Of a DNA stretch of 64,000 nucleotides, positions 57,355-64,000 are shown in pieces. Position 1 is the first letter of the stretch. The number at the start of each line of letters is the position of its first letter. The notes beneath the pieces were generated by a model. The model made no database searches and was not told where the DNA came from. It saw only the letters and a list, made by a program, of their open reading frames with translations. The translations under genes and the position numbers were made by a program. The stretch comes from a virus: the IMG/VR virus record IMGVR_UViG_3300027808_000009, positions 1-64,000 of that record; one strand, given 5' to 3'.

Positions 57355-58053
57355 ATGCAGAATAGTGTATTAGTAATAAAAGTAAAGCAGCGTTTAAATA
57401 AATTGGACAGCCAAGATTACGATAACATAGAGTGCTGGCAAGTTGTAGAGGCGTTTAATAAAGCTCAAGTAGAATGGGTTAGAAGACAACTTCATGGTAT
57501 TAATATTGTGAAAGAAGGTGATGAGCAATCAACTAGAAGAATAGATGATTTACAAATATTACTAGGAACTATTGATGTGCCATTTGTTAAAGGTGATATA
57601 TCATCTTACTCTGACTTACCAACTAATTATCTACAATGGAAACGTGTAGATATTATAGCTAAGAAAGGATGTTGTGATGATAGAAGAATGTCAGTGTATC
57701 TTGCAGAGGAAGGTAACTTAAATCAGTTACTTTTTGATAATGCTAAAAGACCTAGTTTTGAGTGGGCAGAAACATTTGCTACTTTAAAGAGTAATAAAGT
57801 TAATGTATACACTAATAATGATTTTGATATTAGTTCTGGTGCATTAACATATTTTAGACAACCGGTAAGAATAGAAGTACTAGGTTGTGTAGATCCTTAT
57901 ACAAGTGTTCAAACTACAGTAAATGTAGAATGTGAATTTAAAGATGATATTGTAGAAGTACTAATAGATGAAGCAGCAAGTATTCTAGCTGGTGATATTG
58001 AATCTGGTAACCAATTCTCTAGAGGAACAGAGACAGCAGAAAGAAACAATTAA
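57355..58053 (+). CDS. head-tail adaptor / ring protein
   Basis: Helical N-terminus (RLNKLDSQDYD...FNKAQ), YFRQP, and helical C-terminus (EVLIDEAASIL), as in crAss ring proteins. Confidence 0.6.
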   Translation: MQNSVLVIKVKQRLNKLDSQDYDNIECWQVVEAFNKAQVEWVRRQLHGINIVKEGDEQSTRRIDDLQILLGTIDVPFVKGDISSYSDLPTNYLQWKRVDIIAKKGCCDDRRMSVYLAEEGNLNQLLFDNAKRPSFEWAETFATLKSNKVNVYTNNDFDISSGALTYFRQPVRIEVLGCVDPYTSVQTTVNVECEFKDDIVEVLIDEAASILAGDIESGNQFSRGTETAERNN

Positions 58054-58064
58054 TATTTATAACA

Positions 58065-58562
58065 ATGGAACAAACAAGAATGCTAAAAAGAAATACTGAT
58101 ACTACAAAAATTAGTAGACCTCAACCTAAAGTTGAGCAAGCTAAACCTGAACCTGTTATAAATTCTGGTGTAGGTGGTAGTTCATTAGATACAATGGTTG
58201 CTGCTTGTGCTACTGAATTAATGAATGCAAGAACAAGTATTCATAAATTACATTTAAAAGTAACAGGAGAGGGATCCTTTGCAGCACATACAGCATTGAA
58301 TGAATTATATGATGCTTTACCAGGACATGCAGATACTCTTGTAGAAGGATATCAAGGAGCAGCTGAAAAAATTCTTTCTTATAGTGAAGTAGCTCCAAGA
58401 ACTCTTGACACTGTAGTAGATGGTGTAAATTATCTTAGAGACATTTATGCAATGATAAATAAATTACAAGGTAAACTACCTTATTCAGAAATAGTAAATA
58501 ACCTAGATCTTGTTAAAGATTCTATTAATTCTGCTAAATACAAATTATTATTTTTAAAATAA
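58065..58562 (+). CDS. ferritin/Dps-like four-helix protein (DUF5856-like)
   Basis: IHKLHL..TG.GSFAAHTALNELYD....ADTLVEGYQG and YKLLFL. Confidence 0.75.
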   Translation: MEQTRMLKRNTDTTKISRPQPKVEQAKPEPVINSGVGGSSLDTMVAACATELMNARTSIHKLHLKVTGEGSFAAHTALNELYDALPGHADTLVEGYQGAAEKILSYSEVAPRTLDTVVDGVNYLRDIYAMINKLQGKLPYSEIVNNLDLVKDSINSAKYKLLFLK

Positions 58563-58624
58563 TTTTGCTAAAACAAAATGTTTTAGTATATTATATATAT
58601 GTTTATAAATTAAAATTAAAAATT

Positions 58625-59929
58625 ATGGCTTATTTTAATCATGCCTTTCAAAAGGCTTTTGTTGGAACACAAGGTTTCACAAATCTTAATGATGGACAAT
58701 TAGGAACACCAGGTAACATTCTTACTACAGGTGATTTTGCTTTTGTTGATCCAAAAACTTGGGATATTGTTAATATTAACTCAGCACCTTCAGGATGTTG
58801 CCCATTAATTCTTGCTTCAGGATCATTGTATTCTAAAGATAAGATTGGTTCTCATGGTGGGTACTTAGAATCTAACAAATCTAAAACTATTAATCCTAAA
58901 TACATTAATAGATTTTACAGAGTAGATCCTAATCCAGCTCAACAAAATGTAATTAACATTGGATTCACTCCATTTACTGCAGCACAAGGTGGTTCATGTG
59001 AGAGAGATTTTTTATGTGATGAGACTTATTCTTTACGTATTGACGTTAAAGGTTCTCCAGCATTAAGATTCTTAAATCACAATGCTTACTTAACTGTTGA
59101 AGCTTACACAGGATGTTGTCCAGCAGGTTCAATTGCTCCAGTAGATGTTGATGGTACTTTAGTAATGATCCAATGGGCTCAAGCAATTGTTGGTGAGATT
59201 TTACCAAATACAATTGTTAATTCAGCAAGAACAATTATCTCTCCATTTGTATTACCAGTAGTTACTGCTGAAGATAATTCTTTATGGTATGCTCCAGGAA
59301 CTGTTACTGCAGGTTTAGTAGCTCCAGCTGGTTACACTATCGGTGGTACTTGGGATAACTATGTATCTCCAGGACACGTAGTAGGTCAATACGCAGGTAT
59401 TACTTTATTTGGTGCTTATGTTGGAACTGATTTCAGTGACTGTACATTCCAAACTTCTGACTTCTTTGAAAAAGAGCCAGTTAAATTGTATGCTTCTTTA
59501 GTTGATTATAATGGTGCTCCATGTGAATTTGAAGGATTATGTGTTGTTACTGAGTGTACAGGTTTACAAGCAATGGGTCTTGGTGAATCAGTTGCAAGAG
59601 ATGTAATCTTATCTGAAAGATACAGACAAAACTTCTTTGCTACAGATTTAAGAATCAGAGAGGTGACTCAAGGAAATGAGATTTTAAATACTATCAATAG
59701 AACAGCTTTCTATACAAGATACTATTTACAACATTCAGTTCCACGTTTCAATAACCCAACTGGTACATTTGATAATGATCAATACTTATTAGAGATTATC
59801 ACTGATGGTCCTGATTCAACATTTGAACAATTTGTTGCTTCATGGACTGATAACTGTGGTCAATGTATTGAGTTAGAAGTAATTGAAGCTATCACAGCTT
59901 GTGTTCCTTTAATTGACATTACTGCTTAA
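58625..59929 (+). CDS. major virion structural protein (likely start 58625)
   Basis: MAYFNHAF..., codon usage like the MCP, with its own promoter-like leader and terminator. Confidence 0.7.
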   Translation: MAYFNHAFQKAFVGTQGFTNLNDGQLGTPGNILTTGDFAFVDPKTWDIVNINSAPSGCCPLILASGSLYSKDKIGSHGGYLESNKSKTINPKYINRFYRVDPNPAQQNVINIGFTPFTAAQGGSCERDFLCDETYSLRIDVKGSPALRFLNHNAYLTVEAYTGCCPAGSIAPVDVDGTLVMIQWAQAIVGEILPNTIVNSARTIISPFVLPVVTAEDNSLWYAPGTVTAGLVAPAGYTIGGTWDNYVSPGHVVGQYAGITLFGAYVGTDFSDCTFQTSDFFEKEPVKLYASLVDYNGAPCEFEGLCVVTECTGLQAMGLGESVARDVILSERYRQNFFATDLRIREVTQGNEILNTINRTAFYTRYYLQHSVPRFNNPTGTFDNDQYLLEIITDGPDSTFEQFVASWTDNCGQCIELEVIEAITACVPLIDITA

Positions 59930-59954
59930 TAAGTAGATGACTTACAATACTAAC

Positions 59955-59989
59955 AAAGGGAGGTGAATTAGTTTTCCCTCCCTTTTTTT
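59955..59989 (+). terminator. intrinsic terminator
   Basis: AAAGGGAGG...CCCTCCCTTT followed by a T run. Confidence 0.75.
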
Positions 59990-59999
59990 ATAAATAATT

Positions 60000-60542
60000 A
60001 TGGCACATCATATATTAAGTTTAGAAATACCAACTGTATTAAATACATGTATAATGTCAGTACTTGATACAAGTGTATATACACAATCAATTACTGTATC
60101 ATGTCCTGCATTAAATGTAACAGTACCAGGATTTAATTACTCAACACAACTTACAATTGTACCAGGAGATAATACAATTCTTACAGCATGTGATTTACAG
60201 TTACAAACACAAAACTGTGCAACTGTTTTAAGTGATCTACCAGATGGTATATATGCATTTAAGTATAGTGTATCACCAAATGATTTAGTATTTGTAGAGT
60301 ATAATCATTTAAGAATATCTAAAGCATTAAATACTTATAATACTATTTTATGTAATTTAGATCTTGCTGCGTGTGAGCCACCAGCAAATATTAAACAAAA
60401 GCTGGAAAAATTAAAAATGGCAAAAATGTACTTGGATGCTGCTAAAGCAAAAGTAGAGTTCTGTCATGAACCAGGAAATGGAATGTCTCTTTACAACTAT
60501 GCTGTAAAGTTGATGAAAAAGATTGAGTGTAAAAATTGTTAA
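60000..60542 (+). CDS. hypothetical structural protein
   Basis: 180 aa, beta-rich N-half and helical C-half, several Cys. Confidence 0.65.
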   Translation: MAHHILSLEIPTVLNTCIMSVLDTSVYTQSITVSCPALNVTVPGFNYSTQLTIVPGDNTILTACDLQLQTQNCATVLSDLPDGIYAFKYSVSPNDLVFVEYNHLRISKALNTYNTILCNLDLAACEPPANIKQKLEKLKMAKMYLDAAKAKVEFCHEPGNGMSLYNYAVKLMKKIECKNC

Positions 60543-60560
60543 CCCTTAAAAACCAACAAG

Positions 60561-60695
60561 ATGGCAAATTGTCCAAACTGCAAAATAAGATTATCATGTG
60601 GATGTCAAAAAAGAGTTGCATCAGATAAAACACAAGTATGTACTGCTTGTATTAGTAAATATGAAATTAAACTTAAGCAACAACCAAAAAAATAA
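60561..60695 (+). CDS. 44-aa Cys-rich peptide (not in the ORF track)
   Basis: MANCPNCKIRLSCGCQKRVASDKTQVCTACISKYEIKLKQQPKK, with 6 Cys. Confidence 0.65.
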   Translation: MANCPNCKIRLSCGCQKRVASDKTQVCTACISKYEIKLKQQPKK

Positions 60696-60701
60696 AATAT
60701 A

Positions 60702-62495
60702 ATGGCAGGATCGATGACATTCAGATGTTGTAATATATCAGTTACAACAATATATCAAAGTGACTGTGGTGGAGGTACATCTGCATCATGTCCAATTACT
60801 GGTAATGTATATAGATTAATTATTAACAATGTAAGATCAAATGAATGTTGGGAAGCAGTTGATGGTTATTATCCAGAAGCTATAACTGCAATTATTACAT
60901 ATGATGCTTCATATGAACCATATGATTCATGTAATGATTGTTTACAACATAATTATAAATTATATAACTGTTTTGATGATACTATAATATATACTAACTA
61001 TCTTGAATGCCCCAATTGTATAAATTATATTAATCAAATGATGTATACTAATATTGAACCAAATCCATGTTGGTACATTACTGTTGCATCATTACCAATT
61101 GGACCAATAATTCCAGTATTAGAATTAGAGGGTTTTTGTGATCCTTGTGATCCAAGTTGTTATATTATTACGGGTATAGGTGTCATAACTTATTTTAATC
61201 AGTACTATGAACTAGCAACAGCAGATGCTCCAGCAAGAGTATGTGCGTCATCTTATCCATCTGTATCAGGAATTAATTATACAATTACTCAAGATGGAGA
61301 CTGTTCATATAGAAACTCTTGTCCAACTTATTGTTATGAATTAACTAATTGTATAACTGAAGAAGTAATCAGATCAACAAATCAAGATCTTGCATTTCCA
61401 TTTGTATTAAATGAAACTATTGAGATTGCTGAACGTGATGGTTGTTGGACAATAACTAGAGCATTAGTTGAAATATGCACAGGAGTTATTGAAACTACTA
61501 TTATAAATACATATGCAAATTGTGAAGATTGTATACCAGCTTTTTATTATAGATTAGAATCATGTGGTAACTCAGAACCAATTATACTTTATACATCTCA
61601 AGATTTATCAGCGTATGTTGGTCAAACTGTATCATTAAATGATTATATTGGGTGTTATAATGTAACAATATATCAAGGTCAAGTACCTAATCCAGTAACA
61701 ATATCATTTAAAAATAATTATCCTGACTGTATTGAATGTGCATTACCAAGATATAAATTAATTGATTGTGATGGTATAAGACCAAGTATATATACTACTA
61801 CAGATGTATCTGCATATTTATCTTCAGTAATTAAACTTACATTTTATCCTGATACTTGTTGGACGGTTGAAACAACAACTATTAATTCATCAGATGATTT
61901 AGTAATTATTGATAAAGAGTTTACAGATTGTCAAGAGTGTTCAATTGATTACCCATGTATATGTAGTACAGTAACAAATAATAGTGATTTTACTCAAACT
62001 TTTACATATAGAGATTGTGATGGTAATACAGAAGGTAATGATATTATACTTGCACCAGGTGAAGTAAGTATTAAACACTGTGTATTAAAATGGATATTTC
62101 CTGAGTTCTGGACTCTACCAAAAATCATTACTGAGTATGGTGAATGTGTAGAGGGCAAATGTGTTGTTGTATTACCTTTTAGAAGTGTAAGACCAGGTTA
62201 TAATTCTCCATCATGTTCAGTACAATACTATGAAAGAATTGCATGTGAGTATGCAGAAATACTTTATAGAGATGTAATAGCTCAAAGATATGGTATTGCA
62301 CCATGTTGTTCTGAAGAAGAATTATACAGAATAGATATTAAATTCCAATTACTTGAATTACAAGCAATTAATAATCTTGATTATTTATGTGCACAATTTA
62401 ATCCATGTTGTCATAGAGATGATAGTTGTGGATGCGGTTGTAATAATAACTCATGTCAACAAACTACAAATTGCGGATGTGGTTGTAATTCTTAA
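60702..62495 (+). CDS. Cys-rich repeat protein
   Basis: About 50 Cys in 597 aa, ~65-70-aa repeats Y.L..C...C[WY]...[YF].[DN]C..C, and a CGCGC tail. Confidence 0.8.
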   Translation: MAGSMTFRCCNISVTTIYQSDCGGGTSASCPITGNVYRLIINNVRSNECWEAVDGYYPEAITAIITYDASYEPYDSCNDCLQHNYKLYNCFDDTIIYTNYLECPNCINYINQMMYTNIEPNPCWYITVASLPIGPIIPVLELEGFCDPCDPSCYIITGIGVITYFNQYYELATADAPARVCASSYPSVSGINYTITQDGDCSYRNSCPTYCYELTNCITEEVIRSTNQDLAFPFVLNETIEIAERDGCWTITRALVEICTGVIETTIINTYANCEDCIPAFYYRLESCGNSEPIILYTSQDLSAYVGQTVSLNDYIGCYNVTIYQGQVPNPVTISFKNNYPDCIECALPRYKLIDCDGIRPSIYTTTDVSAYLSSVIKLTFYPDTCWTVETTTINSSDDLVIIDKEFTDCQECSIDYPCICSTVTNNSDFTQTFTYRDCDGNTEGNDIILAPGEVSIKHCVLKWIFPEFWTLPKIITEYGECVEGKCVVVLPFRSVRPGYNSPSCSVQYYERIACEYAEILYRDVIAQRYGIAPCCSEEELYRIDIKFQLLELQAINNLDYLCAQFNPCCHRDDSCGCGCNNNSCQQTTNCGCGCNS

Positions 62496-62529
62496 TTAAA
62501 ATACTTATATTATAATATATACAAAAGAT

Positions 62530-63984
62530 ATGAAACCATTAAACTTTGATAATTCTCCATGTAGTCCAACATCTTCAAATTGTGTAATTTGGGGTGGACC
62601 GGATTTACCATGTATTAATTTATGTAAAGGAGATAGTATTACAGATGTAATTGAAAAACTTGCTACTGAATTATGTGGAATTTTAGATGTACTAAACATT
62701 AGTGCATATGATATAACTTGTTTTAATTTAGCTAATTGTGCTCCACAAACATTTACTGATCTGATTAATTTCTTAATAGTAAAAGTATGTGAACTTGAAA
62801 ATATTCCACCAGATGGTGGAGGAACTACTCCTTCAACTGGATGCCCTACAGATTGTTTTATAGAAGTAGCACCATGTTTTGTAGTAGGTACTGCAACAAC
62901 AATGAACTTAATAAATTATGTAAATGTAATTGGTACAAGAATATGTGAGCTTGCAAATACTATTGCATTACAACAAATTGCAATTAACAGTTTAGATAAT
63001 AGAGTAACTGTATTAGAATCAGCTGGTCCTCCAGTTATTCCAGTATTGTCAATGGTGATGGCTGAGGAATTACCTTCAGTTCCTTCATTGCCTGCAGGAA
63101 GTACACAACTTATTCAAACAGTTGTTGATTCATTTGTAAACCAAATATGGTTTCCATTTGTTGCAACAACGGGTGACTCAGGTTTATTAGCTAATGCAAT
63201 TTCACAACAAACAGTAGCTGCAACTGACTTATCAAAAGTTAATCCAGCTGCACAAATGTCTGCACAGTATGCTGGTTTATGGACAACACCAACAGGAACT
63301 ATTGCAGGTACAATAAATAACATATGGGCATGTATTAAAGATTTAAGAAATCAAACTCCAGTTACAGTAACAGCATTAGATACTACAACTATTAATATGA
63401 CTGTTACAGGTGGACCTGCTTATGTAGTTAGTGCAGATGTAATACCTCAAGCTCCATCAGTTGCAGATACAGCTACTGTTAATTTATCAGTAGGTGTAGG
63501 ACCAACATACACATTAACAGCTGATGTTATTGTACCAGGTGCAATGTTTGCCTATGGTACTCCAAGTGATCTTGCTAACATTACTCCTACAATATCTACT
63601 AGTTTATCTGATGGTACTATACAAATAATGTCTGAAGATTATGATGAAGATAATGCATATAATCCATTAACAGGTATATGGACTTGTCCTGCTACAGGCG
63701 TATATAATTTAAGCTTTTTTATACAACTTCAAAAACCAGTATCAGGTTTTAATAGTGGTTCTATAATGGCTGGTATAACTGATGTAAGTGCAACAAATAT
63801 TGAACTAGCATCAACTGTTGCAATAGGAAATATTACAAGACTTGTTTATTTAAACGGTTGTATCTTAGGTCTTAGAATTAATGCAGGTATACAACTATGT
63901 CTTAGAATAGTTAATTTTACAGATGCTTCATATGTAGCAAACACAAGTGATACAGCAAGGATGACAATTCAAAAAGTTAAATAA
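62530..63984 (+). CDS. tail fibre-like protein with a Cys-rich N-terminus and C1q-like C-terminal domain
   Basis: YNPLTGIWTCPATGVYNLSF is a C1q/TNF-like signature. The coiled coil follows the Cys-rich N-terminus. Confidence 0.7.
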   Translation: MKPLNFDNSPCSPTSSNCVIWGGPDLPCINLCKGDSITDVIEKLATELCGILDVLNISAYDITCFNLANCAPQTFTDLINFLIVKVCELENIPPDGGGTTPSTGCPTDCFIEVAPCFVVGTATTMNLINYVNVIGTRICELANTIALQQIAINSLDNRVTVLESAGPPVIPVLSMVMAEELPSVPSLPAGSTQLIQTVVDSFVNQIWFPFVATTGDSGLLANAISQQTVAATDLSKVNPAAQMSAQYAGLWTTPTGTIAGTINNIWACIKDLRNQTPVTVTALDTTTINMTVTGGPAYVVSADVIPQAPSVADTATVNLSVGVGPTYTLTADVIVPGAMFAYGTPSDLANITPTISTSLSDGTIQIMSEDYDEDNAYNPLTGIWTCPATGVYNLSFFIQLQKPVSGFNSGSIMAGITDVSATNIELASTVAIGNITRLVYLNGCILGLRINAGIQLCLRIVNFTDASYVANTSDTARMTIQKVK

Positions 63985-64000
63985 AAAATATTATGAATAC

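Noticed and set aside
2208-63323. Numerous antisense or alternative-frame ORFs in the track (e.g. 2208+, 3772+, 5245+, 5758+, 12247+, 25348-, 30595-, 43801-, 54376-, 54856-, 56509-, 63114-)
   Set aside because: They lie opposite or within well-supported genes, mirror their codon or repeat structure, and lack recognisable motifs.
1-64000. Stop-codon reassignment (TAG/TGA), known in some crAss-like phages
   Set aside because: Long conserved genes (TerL, portal, MCP, ThyA, helicases) are intact under the standard code and coding density is high, so there is no fragmentation to explain.
1-64000. Prophage or temperate lifestyle
   Set aside because: No integrase, repressor/Cro pair, att-like junction or host genes are seen. 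The window is phage throughout.

Overview
AT-rich window from a lytic dsDNA tailed phage, most consistent with a crAss-like (Crassvirales-related) phage of Bacteroidota. Support: a crAss-type major capsid protein, a large TerL and portal, a Bacteroidota-type ClpS, and TAnnTTTG promoters. It has two divergent arms that meet at a GC-rich island near 24.7 kb. The minus arm (1-24.6 kb) holds an early region built from repeated promoter-gene-terminator cassettes, then small hypothetical genes, several structured non-coding stretches, and a replication/repair module (SF2 helicase, UNG, DnaB-like helicase, AAA_24 ATPase, SSB-like protein, primase). The plus arm (24.9-64 kb) holds thyA, GroES-like and DUF3310 genes, a modular fibre/decoration array, a lysis cassette, TerL, a free-standing GIY-YIG gene, portal, scaffold, MCP, a cluster of very basic proteins, and Cys-rich tail-region genes. 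No integrase, tRNA, CRISPR array or stop-codon recoding was seen. Best leads: (1) an 11-unit early cassette array with a conserved 14-nt promoter-like motif, three units of which carry N4-like C-GNA-G mini-hairpins, and which encodes an unannotated 49-aa acidic peptide ending DDDDLPF (SSB-tail mimic) and a ~140-nt structured RNA; (2) a ~1.1-kb ORF-poor multi-domain structured RNA region next to a stand-alone RNAP alpha-CTD-like gene; (3) six consecutive basic virion-region proteins, five of which share an M-K-x-G-G motif. All family assignments come from motif recognition by eye, not database searches.
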